A stretch of DNA of 64,000 nt from Fibrobacterota bacterium (GCA_043753995.1 JAYUVP010000249.1:39684-103683), one strand, 5' to 3'; positions 9,347-18,489 are shown, numbered from the stretch's first letter. Notes: a model not told the origin generated them from the letters alone. Numbers and translations are program-made.

Positions 9347-10777
9347 ATGGGGAAAGAAACCATCGCGGCCCCGGCCACTCCTCCGGGAATGTCGGGGCTG
9401 GCCATAGTCCGGCTTTCCGGACCGGATTGCCCCGCTGTTCTATTACACTGCCTGGGGCGTACTCTCGGAGTTACCGAAGCTCCGGAGTTACCCAAGGCCT
9501 CGCAGAAGCCGGTGCGCCCTCGGCATATGCATTATGGCGAGTTTCGCCATCCCGAAACCGGCGAAACGCTGGACCGGCTCACCTTCGTCTATTATCCCGC
9601 GCCTAAAAGCCCGACCGGCGAGGATGTGCTTGAGCTCTTCCCCCACGGCAATCGCCTGCTGGTCGAAAATATTCTGCATGCCTTATTGACCTTACCGGGC
9701 TTACGCTTGGCCGGCCCCGGCGAATTCACGCGCCGCGCCTGCGAGAATGGCAAGCTCGATTTGGTGCAAGCCGAAGGCCTCATGGCCTTGGTTCATGCCC
9801 AGTCGCAGGCCGCCTTGCGACATGCCGGACGCGTGCTGGACGGCGCCCTCTCGAAGCGCTTCTTGGCTTTACGGGGCAAACTGATTGACTTGCTGGTTCA
9901 CCTCGAACTCGATGTCGACTTCGCGGAAGAAGAGGCCGATCCCGACTATGCCTCTTGGCGTCCCCGCGTGCAAGACGCGCTCGCCGACATCGAAGCCTTG
10001 CTCCGCAGCCATGATCGCGGCGCCCGCCTGGAGCGCATCCCCCGCGTGGTCTTGCTGGGCGCGCCTAATGCGGGCAAAAGCAGTTTGATCAATGCCTTGC
10101 TGCGCGAGGAAAGGCTTTTGGTTTCCGACATTCCCGGTACGACGCGTGACTTCGTCGAAGTGCCTTTGCATTTGCCTTCGGGGCTAGTGCATTTGGTCGA
10201 CACCGCGGGGCTGGGCGAAGCTGTCGATAGCCTGGACGCTCGCGCCCAGGGAAAAACACGCGAGCAAGCCGACAAGGCCGATTTGCGACTCTGGGTTGCC
10301 AATGGTAACGCACCGGTCGATGCGCTTGCGTGGGCGGGAGATCCGCTCCAGACACTTGCAGGGGACGTCACTCCAACCATACGGGTGCGCACGCGCCGTG
10401 ATCAGCCTGGCTTTTGCTCTGAGGTCGGAGCCCTAGCCGTCGCCAATACCACCGGCGACGGTTTGCCTGAATTGATGGAAGCCCTGGAGACGATTTTGTT
10501 TGCGCCCGCCAAGGTTGTCAGATTAAAAGCTCCCGATGGGCAAGCAGGGGAAGGGGCCGACGAGGTTTTCCTCACCACGGAGCGTCAGCGAGAGGCCTTG
10601 GAAAAGGCCGCCGCGAATTTGCGCGCGGCATTGAATCAGCTCGATGGCCAACCCGCCATTGAAATTCTCGCCTTCGAAGCGCGCGAGGCCGTGCAGGCAC
10701 TGCGCGAATTGCTGGGCGAGGTGAGCGCTGACGATGTGCTCAATCGCTTGTTCTCAGGGTTTTGCATCGGGAAATAG
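9347..10777 (+). CDS. mnmE: tRNA modification GTPase MnmE (TrmE)
   Basis: 476 aa. G-domain motifs (GAPNAGKSSL, DTAGL). Ends with the MnmE-specific C-terminal FCIGK. Confidence 0.9.
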   Translation: MGKETIAAPATPPGMSGLAIVRLSGPDCPAVLLHCLGRTLGVTEAPELPKASQKPVRPRHMHYGEFRHPETGETLDRLTFVYYPAPKSPTGEDVLELFPHGNRLLVENILHALLTLPGLRLAGPGEFTRRACENGKLDLVQAEGLMALVHAQSQAALRHAGRVLDGALSKRFLALRGKLIDLLVHLELDVDFAEEEADPDYASWRPRVQDALADIEALLRSHDRGARLERIPRVVLLGAPNAGKSSLINALLREERLLVSDIPGTTRDFVEVPLHLPSGLVHLVDTAGLGEAVDSLDARAQGKTREQADKADLRLWVANGNAPVDALAWAGDPLQTLAGDVTPTIRVRTRRDQPGFCSEVGALAVANTTGDGLPELMEALETILFAPAKVVRLKAPDGQAGEGADEVFLTTERQREALEKAAANLRAALNQLDGQPAIEILAFEAREAVQALRELLGEVSADDVLNRLFSGFCIGK

Positions 10778-10837
10778 TCCGATCGCAGTAGACCCAAACA
10801 TATGGGCGAGGGAAAATTCCGCGCTGGGTTCCGGGCC

Positions 10838-11758
10838 CTAATGGGTTGAAGCTGGCGTCGAAGTGCGTCCCGCTTGGGCTCGCTTCAATTGTCGCAGCAT
10901 ATAGTGCAAGGATTCCGAGGAATAGCCGTGCAGCAGCAATCGGAAACCTGCGCGTAAAGTGGAAAGCGGCAACATGGGGTGGCGATTGTTCACTCGCCAC
11001 AAACGCGAATCGTCGTCTAGCAAAGTCGAGACATATATTCCAATTGTTTCGTCGAGTTGCAGGGAATTCGAAGCCCGCCAAAAGTCATTGTCGGAAAGTA
11101 GGAACTGGAAAATCGGAGTATAAATCTCGATGGCGGTTTCGACGTCCATGAAATTATGCCAGGAGTCGGGCAATTCTTCGAATTCGAAAGGCCCGTCGGT
11201 AATGGCTTGCAAGTTTATCGTCGTGACGGCATGCAAAACCTTGCCTTCTTTCTGCAAGGTTTGATTCAGGCGAATGATGAAATTGAAGAGATTGATATCA
11301 TGAAACAGGAAAAGGTGGTCTTTCACATCGGCCAGTCGCTTGGGCTTGAGTGGGTTGAGTGGAATATCGACCCCGCTATTGTCTCGAATGAATTCGAGAA
11401 TTTCGGAACCAATGTGGAAATGCCTCATGATCAGCAAATTCGCTTCGCGGCTGGCAAAATACCGGAGTCCCAAATAAATGAGGTGATGCAAAAGCCGTGA
11501 CGACTTGAAAGCAGAAGGAAAGGGTGTTTTCAGCACCATAATTAGGCAAATCAAGGTGCGCATGATGGGCCGGAGCAGGGGCAAAAGGAATTGCCGAGTC
11601 TTGGATTGCAGCCCAAACAGCAAGGCGCCCTTCACTTCGGGATCTATGGGCGTAGAATTGTCGAGAAACAAAGCTTGGGTAGGCAGCGGATCTTCCGGAT
11701 CATGCTTCAGCCCGTTGAAATAACTTTGATACCGGGTATGGCGCGTATTTTCAGTCAT
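10838..11758 (-). CDS. Hypothetical protein, last gene of the lipid-tailoring operon
   Basis: 306-aa ORF whose start overlaps the stop of the upstream KASIII-fusion gene at 11758. No recognisable motifs. Noticeably more AT-rich codon usage than its neighbours. Confidence 0.4.
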   Translation of the reverse strand: MTENTRHTRYQSYFNGLKHDPEDPLPTQALFLDNSTPIDPEVKGALLFGLQSKTRQFLLPLLRPIMRTLICLIMVLKTPFPSAFKSSRLLHHLIYLGLRYFASREANLLIMRHFHIGSEILEFIRDNSGVDIPLNPLKPKRLADVKDHLFLFHDINLFNFIIRLNQTLQKEGKVLHAVTTINLQAITDGPFEFEELPDSWHNFMDVETAIEIYTPIFQFLLSDNDFWRASNSLQLDETIGIYVSTLLDDDSRLWRVNNRHPMLPLSTLRAGFRLLLHGYSSESLHYMLRQLKRAQAGRTSTPASTH

Positions 11759-13635
11759 TAGTAATTGCCTATTTCTTCGAGTTGCAACCGGTAGAGGCGT
11801 GCCGTGGTTTTGGCTGCTTTTACGATTTCATCGGCAAGCATTGGGGTCAAGGGTAAAAGTTTCATCGCCGTATGCATTTCTTCGAGGTGATGCTCGTCAT
11901 TGTGACCGTGATAGAGAAGAAAGGACACCGCATCGGAACTCAGTTGAAGGGCCCTTTGGATTTTCTCGCCCCAAGCCTTGGCCAGGTTTTTTCCAAGTCC
12001 TTCGATGATAAAAACCGAGCCTAGCATGTGAAAAGGATTTTCCCTTCCGGCCTGGTGAAACATATAAGCGGAAAAGGCCTCGGATCCAATATTCTTGGGA
12101 TGGGAAAGTATGTCCCCGCGTTCGCCCCCGGAGGCGACATAGTTGGCTTCGAGCATGCGGAAATCGCGGTGCTCATCCCAGGAATGCTTGAGATAGAGAG
12201 AGCGCAATTCAAAATGCTCCGTGGTGATATTCGAGGCCGCTTTGGAAATCCAGCGACTGCCCTCCATGACTTGCTGGCGCAGGTTGAGAAGCAATTCCCT
12301 GTAGTCGGATCGGGTTAAGTTTCCGGTCTCGATTTTGTGGATGAGGGATAACTTGCTTAGTCCCAATTCGAAATCCGACCACACCAGGAAGAGGCGACGG
12401 AAAAGGGAGGCCAGTAAATCCTCGCCCGGCTGAAGCGGGATGTCGCTCGGAGTGGCGGATATTTCTTGTTGCGCCGGTAACAATGATTTTTTTTCCGTTG
12501 GCGATTCGCCGACTACGGTCAATAGCATAAAACTGGTGATAAAGCGACCGCTCTCGGGGACTTGGCAAAGGATTTTCTGCCCGGATTGAAGCCGTCCCGA
12601 TTGCCATAGTTCTTCGAGCATGATCAACAGGGAGGCCGCGCCTGTATTGCCCTTGTGATATAGGTTGGTGAACCACTTATGCGCAGGAATGTCGGCCAGG
12701 CATTTCTGCAATAGGTCGACGATTTGATCCTTGAAGACATGCGAGGAATAGTGACAAAGAAACCAGTCGAAATCGGGTTTGAGCTTGCCCTCTTCGATAA
12801 GCGAGAGATAATGCGACACACCCAAGGGGACGATTTTGTCGAGCATGGCGAGATCTTGTCTTAGGGTAAACAGACCTTGCCGAACGGCGTCACCATAATT
12901 CGCCATTTCTCCCGTGGTAACCCGTATGCTTCCGTCTTCGGATTTTTCACCGCCGGCATACATGCAAACATCCAGGCTATCGGCATGTGATTTCAAGTCT
13001 ATCCACTCGATACGGAGGGATAGGCCACTTTCCTTGGGCCGGTCTTGCAGAAGCGCGGCGCCCGCACCATCCGACAACATCCAGCGTAAAAATTCGGTGT
13101 CGAGCGGTATGCGCTTCTCATTCTGAAAGCTGTCTAGTTCTTCGAGTATCGGGGCCCGGAATTGACGGCTGGGAAATTCGCTGCCGCAAACCATGCCGGT
13201 CTTGTGCTTGCCGCAGGCAATGGCGTGATAGGCCCCTTGAAGCGCGGACATGACGCTCGCGCAAACACCTTGAAAAGAGGCGACATCGCAGCAGGCGATC
13301 TTGGCTTCGCCTTGCACCATGCTCGAAAAGCCGGGTACGAAGAGATCGCCTTGGGTGGTGGCGGTGGCCAAATAGTCAATACCCTTGGCGTCGATGGAGG
13401 AGTCTTTGAGGGCGGCGTGAATGGCGAGGGAAGCCATTTGCGCATTGCGATGTGTGGGTTTGCCATTTTCGTCGAGAGCATAATGGCGGGTTTCGATGCG
13501 ATTGAGTTTGAGCACTCGCTTTTTCGCGATCGATGGCTTTCCTCCCACGAGTCCGAGTCGCTTCTCGGCGGCTTCGGAGTCTAGCGCGGGTCCAGGAAGA
13601 AAGGCTCCGAGCGAAGTGATATAAACGGGTCGCAT
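11758..13635 (-). CDS. FabH-like 3-oxoacyl-ACP synthase III (KASIII) N-terminal domain fused to a C-terminal heme-oxygenase-like (TenA/PqqC/CADD-type, putative di-iron oxidase) domain
   Basis: Residues 1-~370 have the KASIII thiolase fold pattern: MRPVYITSLGAFLP, DYLATATTQGD, KIACCDVASFQGVCASVMSALQGA, CHYSSHVFKD. The C-terminal ~230 aa are helical with E/H/D clusters (WDEHRDF, IIEGLG, LLYHGHNDEHHLEE) reminiscent of heme-oxygenase-like di-iron enzymes. This domain assignment is inference. Confidence 0.6.
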   Translation of the reverse strand: MRPVYITSLGAFLPGPALDSEAAEKRLGLVGGKPSIAKKRVLKLNRIETRHYALDENGKPTHRNAQMASLAIHAALKDSSIDAKGIDYLATATTQGDLFVPGFSSMVQGEAKIACCDVASFQGVCASVMSALQGAYHAIACGKHKTGMVCGSEFPSRQFRAPILEELDSFQNEKRIPLDTEFLRWMLSDGAGAALLQDRPKESGLSLRIEWIDLKSHADSLDVCMYAGGEKSEDGSIRVTTGEMANYGDAVRQGLFTLRQDLAMLDKIVPLGVSHYLSLIEEGKLKPDFDWFLCHYSSHVFKDQIVDLLQKCLADIPAHKWFTNLYHKGNTGAASLLIMLEELWQSGRLQSGQKILCQVPESGRFITSFMLLTVVGESPTEKKSLLPAQQEISATPSDIPLQPGEDLLASLFRRLFLVWSDFELGLSKLSLIHKIETGNLTRSDYRELLLNLRQQVMEGSRWISKAASNITTEHFELRSLYLKHSWDEHRDFRMLEANYVASGGERGDILSHPKNIGSEAFSAYMFHQAGRENPFHMLGSVFIIEGLGKNLAKAWGEKIQRALQLSSDAVSFLLYHGHNDEHHLEEMHTAMKLLPLTPMLADEIVKAAKTTARLYRLQLEEIGNY

Positions 13636-13649
13636 GAATGTCCTGAGGT

Positions 13650-14582
13650 TTAGACGGGCGAAGGGGAATGGGCAGGTGCAGGAGCTTGCAAGGAATCGGA
13701 TCGGCGAAAATCGAAAGTTCGATAGCGGCGAACGAAATGCTGTAAGACGAAAATTTTCAAGAAGTAAAAGGCGAGACTAGGCTCATTCAATTGGGGATGG
13801 ATCCAATGACGTAGGCGATCGTGTTCCTTAGGCCATTGCGACCAATGCATGTTGATATTGCGGTGATGGACAAGATGATAACCGTGATTAAAGGTGATGC
13901 GGTTCAGCCAAACGCCGACGAAATTTCGGCTGGAATCATAGGGGTGATGGGGGGCTGTGTGATGATGTTGAAAATAGCCGGTGCCTACCATGGCCAAAAC
14001 GCCGAAGGCTTGCGGCAAGAGTAGGGCATAGGCGGTGGTCTTCGCGTCGATTCGCCAGAGATAAAGGGTCAAGGTAAGCCAAGCGGCGATTTGCAGCGAC
14101 CAAAAAAGGCCGAGCCGAAATCCCGAGGTGTTCCGAGGTTTCGCCATCAAGGAAAGCCAATAAAGGAAGCTTGCCCGAAAGTAAACCCTGACTCCATGCG
14201 CGAGATAACGAAAGAACTGCAAAAAATTATTGTGATGGGAATAACGGTAGGTGTAAGTGTAATCGTCGCTGCTGTTGGCATAACGGTGGTGATTGGCATT
14301 GTGCGTCGCTTTCCAGGCATAGCAGCCATCAAAGCGGTAGAGGGTGAAGAGGAATTCGATGGCGCGATTGGCCAACCTGGAGCGGAAAAAGGGCCAATGG
14401 CCGTGACAATGCTGAATGCAGCCGACCACATAGGTGATTAAAGCGGTGAGCACCGAAAGCCACAGGCGCGGCCCTATCAGGAAGTGCCAAGTCACGAGTA
14501 GCGGATAAACAGCCAAGACGCCAAGGCAGCGAAGGTCTTGTTTGTTTCTAAGGCCTAGAACGGAAGAAGACGCCTGCGGCAT
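13650..14582 (-). CDS. Membrane fatty-acid desaturase family protein (FA_desaturase-type histidine boxes)
   Basis: Multiple TM segments plus three His boxes: HCHGH, HNANHH, HGYHLVHH. Confidence 0.7.
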   Translation of the reverse strand: MPQASSSVLGLRNKQDLRCLGVLAVYPLLVTWHFLIGPRLWLSVLTALITYVVGCIQHCHGHWPFFRSRLANRAIEFLFTLYRFDGCYAWKATHNANHHRYANSSDDYTYTYRYSHHNNFLQFFRYLAHGVRVYFRASFLYWLSLMAKPRNTSGFRLGLFWSLQIAAWLTLTLYLWRIDAKTTAYALLLPQAFGVLAMVGTGYFQHHHTAPHHPYDSSRNFVGVWLNRITFNHGYHLVHHRNINMHWSQWPKEHDRLRHWIHPQLNEPSLAFYFLKIFVLQHFVRRYRTFDFRRSDSLQAPAPAHSPSPV

Positions 14583-14585
14583 GAC

Positions 14586-15350
14586 TTATTCCGCCGGGCT
14601 ATGCGCGCGACGACGGTAGCCCGAGGCCAGCCAGCGGTCAAGCCAGGGCGTCCAGAAGCCGAAATTGCGTGTCGCCTTGCGGTGGTGGGTGCCATGGCGC
14701 CAATTGTTTTCCAGAAAACTCGCGCCTTGAGTGTGGGTTGGCCAGGAGAAATTGGCATGCCCGAAAGTATTGGCAGTCATGCTGATAGCCGGCCAAAGCA
14801 TGATGGCGAGGATGTCGAAGTCATGCACAAGCATGATGAGAATCATGGTTCCGCTATAGAGTAAGGCCTCGAACCAGTGAAAGCTAAGGCTACTGAAAGG
14901 CGTAGTGGTCACGCTGTAATGATGCACGGAATGCACACGACGAAAAAGGAAAGGTCTATGCAATAACCAATGGCAGGAAAAGAAATAAAGCTCATTCCAA
15001 GCGGCGAAGAGAAGCAAGTCGCCGAGTGCGCGTACTAGGGAAAAGTCTTTCCATAAAATGGTGAGCATTCCATGCTCTTCCAATTTGAGCGCTAAAACCG
15101 CGAAGAAACTGAGAAAAAGCATGGCACTCATGGACTTCCGAATTTCATGGCCTATTTGACCCGCCTTGATTGGGCGGTTGTCGATATAAAATCCCAGTTT
15201 CCGTTTGATCAGAACGTCACGAATGAAAAGGAAAGATATGGCGGACAAGGAAAAATAAGCCACCAAAAAACCCGCAATATGCCAGGCATAGTATTCGGGC
15301 CAACTCAGACTATGCGACAGCGTTTGCAGGGCGCCGAAGTCGAGCATCAC
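14586..15350 (-). CDS. Fatty acid hydroxylase / sterol desaturase superfamily protein (paralogue 2)
   Basis: His boxes HWLLH, HSVHH, HGTHH embedded in TM helices. Paralogous to 15347..16117. Stop/start overlap with its neighbours. Confidence 0.7.
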   Translation of the reverse strand: MMLDFGALQTLSHSLSWPEYYAWHIAGFLVAYFSLSAISFLFIRDVLIKRKLGFYIDNRPIKAGQIGHEIRKSMSAMLFLSFFAVLALKLEEHGMLTILWKDFSLVRALGDLLLFAAWNELYFFSCHWLLHRPFLFRRVHSVHHYSVTTTPFSSLSFHWFEALLYSGTMILIMLVHDFDILAIMLWPAISMTANTFGHANFSWPTHTQGASFLENNWRHGTHHRKATRNFGFWTPWLDRWLASGYRRRAHSPAE

Positions 15351-16117
15351 GATTTCTCCAAGGGCTCGTCATAATTGAAGCGGGCCGAACGCGTCCGGAA
15401 AGTTTCGTCGAACCAGGGAAAGGCAAAACCGTAATTGCCCTTGATATGGGTGTGATGCAAGGTGTGTCGACGGCAAGAAGAGAAAAGATGATTCAAGGCG
15501 AGCTTGGGAAAAACGGCATAATTCATATGGCCGATATTGTTCATGAAAAGACTCAAAGCCGGGAAGAGAATGATGGCTCCCATGCTCAGAGGCGCGAAGG
15601 CCATATAGGTCACCATGACGCTGCTCAGCAAGACGGCTTCGAACCAGTGAAAGCTATAGGTCGAAAAGGGAGTGGGCACAACCGAAAGATGGTGATGCCG
15701 ATGCACATGTCGGTAAAACCAGGGTAGGTGCAAGAGATAATGCGAGGCATAGAAATGAACTTCATTCCATAAGGTGAGCAGAATGAGATCGAGGACTAGA
15801 CGCCAGGGTGAATGAATCCAATCGATGTGAATCAGGCCCAGCCGCTGCAAGCCCAAGGTCAATCCACCATAAGCGCCGAAGACGAGAATGGAGATTAAGG
15901 AAAGTCTCACTTCACGCGTGATTTGCCGGGGTGGAATGGGGCGTGAATCGATGACGCGGCCAATTTTGAAAGTCGGAAGGACTTTTTGGGTGAGCTGAAG
16001 CGTGATAAAAGCCAGGGCGAAGTAAATGAAAGCAAAACCGAGTGCAACTAAGGCGGCAATTTGCCAGAGCCTAAGTTCGAACATGAAATCGCGTAGTCCG
16101 ATTTGCAAGGCCGTCAT
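15347..16117 (-). CDS. Fatty acid hydroxylase / sterol desaturase superfamily protein (paralogue 1)
   Basis: His boxes HYLLH, HVHRHHH, HTLHHTH. Shared motif FSTYSFHWFEAVLLS vs FSSLSFHWFEALLYS in paralogue 2. Confidence 0.7.
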   Translation of the reverse strand: MTALQIGLRDFMFELRLWQIAALVALGFAFIYFALAFITLQLTQKVLPTFKIGRVIDSRPIPPRQITREVRLSLISILVFGAYGGLTLGLQRLGLIHIDWIHSPWRLVLDLILLTLWNEVHFYASHYLLHLPWFYRHVHRHHHLSVVPTPFSTYSFHWFEAVLLSSVMVTYMAFAPLSMGAIILFPALSLFMNNIGHMNYAVFPKLALNHLFSSCRRHTLHHTHIKGNYGFAFPWFDETFRTRSARFNYDEPLEKS

Positions 16118-16356
16118 GCTGCGCTTTCTAGGCGAAGTATCACATCGCCAATGGTGGCGGCGGCCATCAATTCTTCCAAAGGGATTTCAGCCAGGCCGCT
16201 TTGATGCAGTTCATACTCCAATTCGAGAGCGCTTAAAGAGTCGAGCCCTAAATCCTTTTTCAAGGACATATCATGGCTCAGGGATTCGACTGGGCGATGG
16301 GAGACTCGGCTGATGGCTTGCATCACCTTGATTTCAATAGCAGGCATACGGGTCAA
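16114..16356 (-). CDS. Acyl carrier protein
   Basis: 80 aa with the phosphopantetheine attachment motif DLGLDSL. Start overlaps the KAS stop and its stop overlaps the hydroxylase start (ATGA). Confidence 0.75.
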   Translation of the reverse strand: MTRMPAIEIKVMQAISRVSHRPVESLSHDMSLKKDLGLDSLSALELEYELHQSGLAEIPLEELMAAATIGDVILRLESAA

Positions 16357-17567
16357 TCTTGATGACGCGAAAAAAGGAGGGAAACATTATTCGAGCCGAA
16401 ACCGAAAGAATTCTTGAGGATGTTTCGCAATGGCGCATGTTGATTCGCCGATTCAGTCGCTGTCATACCTTCCTGAAGGTGAAAGGCTTGCGGCAATTGC
16501 TGCTTCATCAAGGCTTGGACGCATAGAATGGATTCGAGGATACCACAAGCCCCAAGACTATGTCCGATTTGGTTTTTTGGAGCCACCACGAGCTTGCCGC
16601 CGAGTTCCTTGCCAAATACCGAATGCATGCCGAGATATTCGACTTCATCATTCTTCAGGGTACCGGTGCCATGCGCGCAAATGGCATCGATATCTTTGGC
16701 CTCTATTCCGGCGCAAGCTAAGGCTTTGTGCATGACGGCAATAATATCGCTCGCATCGGGCTTCGGTGCGACTGGATGATATGCACCTGAATTCTGTGCC
16801 ACGCCGGAAAGCTTTGCCAAGATCGGTGCGCCACGCCTGCGCGCCGACTCTGGTGATTCAAGTATAAGGAAGCCAGCTCCCTCGGCGAGTATAAAGCCGT
16901 CGCGCTCCGGGTGAAAGGAGCGTCCCGGCTGCAGGGGATCGCGTTGGGCGCTGAGCACTTTCAATTGCTTATAAGCATGATAATTGAAGGGTGAAAGCGG
17001 GGCTTCTGCGCCGCCCACCAAAGCGATGTCCCATTGCCCAGTAGCGATTTTCCAAAAGCCTTCAGCAAGGGCATTTGCGCTTGAGGAGCAGGCCGTAGAG
17101 ATGCAGAGGTTCGGACCGGTAATGCCGGTTTGTTGGGCTATCCATGACCCCAGGGCACTGGGCATCACCTTGGGGACGGTGAAGGGATGTATCGCGCGCA
17201 TGCCTTCTTGCAAGGCTTTGGCGATCATTTCTTCATGAAAGTCCAGACCACCGAGACCACTGCCCAGGCAAATGCCGATGCGATAGTCGGAAGTGTCGCC
17301 GGACAAGCCCGCTTGATCCAAAGCCTCGCGGGCAGCGATGATACCTAAGTGTACGCAGCGAGCAGAGCGAGCGAGAATTTCGGGTGGTAGTCGCTTGGCG
17401 ACATCGATATGGACCTTGCCAACCAAAACCGGATCGATAGCAAAACCGTCCTGAAATGAGAATTGGGCTTTGCCGGAAGACATTTCATCCCAAAAAGCAT
17501 CTACTCCGCAGGCGCGGCCGACGAGCGCACCCAAGCCGGTGATGACAGGAAAGGTTACCATCAACAA
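16353..17567 (-). CDS. Beta-ketoacyl-ACP synthase (FabF/FabB-like KAS I/II)
   Basis: 404 aa. Active-site Cys motif ISTACSSSANALAEG. His motifs (AHGTGT, IGHSLGA) in the expected order. Confidence 0.85.
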   Translation of the reverse strand: MLMVTFPVITGLGALVGRACGVDAFWDEMSSGKAQFSFQDGFAIDPVLVGKVHIDVAKRLPPEILARSARCVHLGIIAAREALDQAGLSGDTSDYRIGICLGSGLGGLDFHEEMIAKALQEGMRAIHPFTVPKVMPSALGSWIAQQTGITGPNLCISTACSSSANALAEGFWKIATGQWDIALVGGAEAPLSPFNYHAYKQLKVLSAQRDPLQPGRSFHPERDGFILAEGAGFLILESPESARRRGAPILAKLSGVAQNSGAYHPVAPKPDASDIIAVMHKALACAGIEAKDIDAICAHGTGTLKNDEVEYLGMHSVFGKELGGKLVVAPKNQIGHSLGACGILESILCVQALMKQQLPQAFHLQEGMTATESANQHAPLRNILKNSFGFGSNNVSLLFSRHQD

Positions 17568-17576
17568 CCCCTCAAA

Positions 17577-18158
17577 TCATTGCTCTTGCTCGGGCATATC
17601 GAATAAAAAACCGATCTGAAAAAACATCTCTAAGTTGGCTGACGCCCCACGCCTAACAAACGAGTTATTGTTCGATCCCATGGGAATAAAAATCTCGATA
17701 GCATTTCCGGCGGCCATCTTAAAGTGACCCGCCTGAAAATGGAATTTGCCCCCTGGTGCAATGAGGGCGTCCTCGGATTTGAAGGAACCATAGTAGTCGC
17801 GCTCACGATAATACCGATATCCGAATTCGATTTCAGGAGTAAAGCCCCAGCGGTAGCCCTGCCAAACGCTATAGCCAAAATAGATGGACGGGCTAAGGTA
17901 TTTGCTTGTCTTCGACTGGGTCTGAATTTGAATCAAATTGATAATTCCCGGCTTTAAACCGAATTCAAAGCGATCCACATGTCTTTCCAAAAAAAGTTCG
18001 ATGGGAAAAATGCCAACCGTGCCTCCGCTATAGCTACGGTCAACCTGGGATTCTCCAGCGGAGGACAAAATGAAACCGACTTGATTATCATAGGCGCTTG
18101 CTCCAGAGTGAAACAAGGGCAAGGTGCTGAGCAGGAATAAAAACCGCGGTAGGAACAT
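17577..18158 (-). CDS. Hypothetical secreted protein (Tyr/Gly-rich, possibly beta-rich), first gene of the lipid operon
   Basis: The ORF extends to 18251, but MFLPRFLFLLSTLPLFHSGASA at 18158 is a plausible signal peptide and avoids overlap with the divergent ferredoxin. No family assignment. Confidence 0.4.
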   Translation of the reverse strand: MFLPRFLFLLSTLPLFHSGASAYDNQVGFILSSAGESQVDRSYSGGTVGIFPIELFLERHVDRFEFGLKPGIINLIQIQTQSKTSKYLSPSIYFGYSVWQGYRWGFTPEIEFGYRYYRERDYYGSFKSEDALIAPGGKFHFQAGHFKMAAGNAIEIFIPMGSNNNSFVRRGASANLEMFFQIGFLFDMPEQEQ

Positions 18159-18183
18159 GGGGTGCAAAGTAATATTCCCAATC

Positions 18184-18483
18184 ATGAGCCAGCCTTCGTC
18201 ATCCCATGATTCTTGTCGCCAAAAGCCGGGTCTTTTCAAACCCATTGTCAATCATTCGCGCTGTGAAGGCAAAAGCGATTGCGTGGTGGTCTGTCCGGTG
18301 AATGTTTTCGAAGTGCGCCGCATCGAAGATTCTGATTTCGCGGCACTAGGCATACTGGCCAAGGTCAAAGTCATGGTCCATGGCAGAAAAACGGCCTATA
18401 CGCCCCGCGCCGAGGCTTGCGAAGCCTGCGGCCTATGCGTCACGGCTTGTCCGGAAAAGGCGATTCGCCTGATGAAGGTTTAA
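18184..18483 (+). CDS. 2x[4Fe-4S] ferredoxin
   Basis: Two Cys clusters: CEGKSDCVVVCP and CEACGLCVTACP. Divergently transcribed from the lipid operon. A start at MSQPSS (18184) is preferred over the listed 18124. Confidence 0.65.
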   Translation: MSQPSSSHDSCRQKPGLFKPIVNHSRCEGKSDCVVVCPVNVFEVRRIEDSDFAALGILAKVKVMVHGRKTAYTPRAEACEACGLCVTACPEKAIRLMKV

Positions 18484-18489
18484 GCGGTT

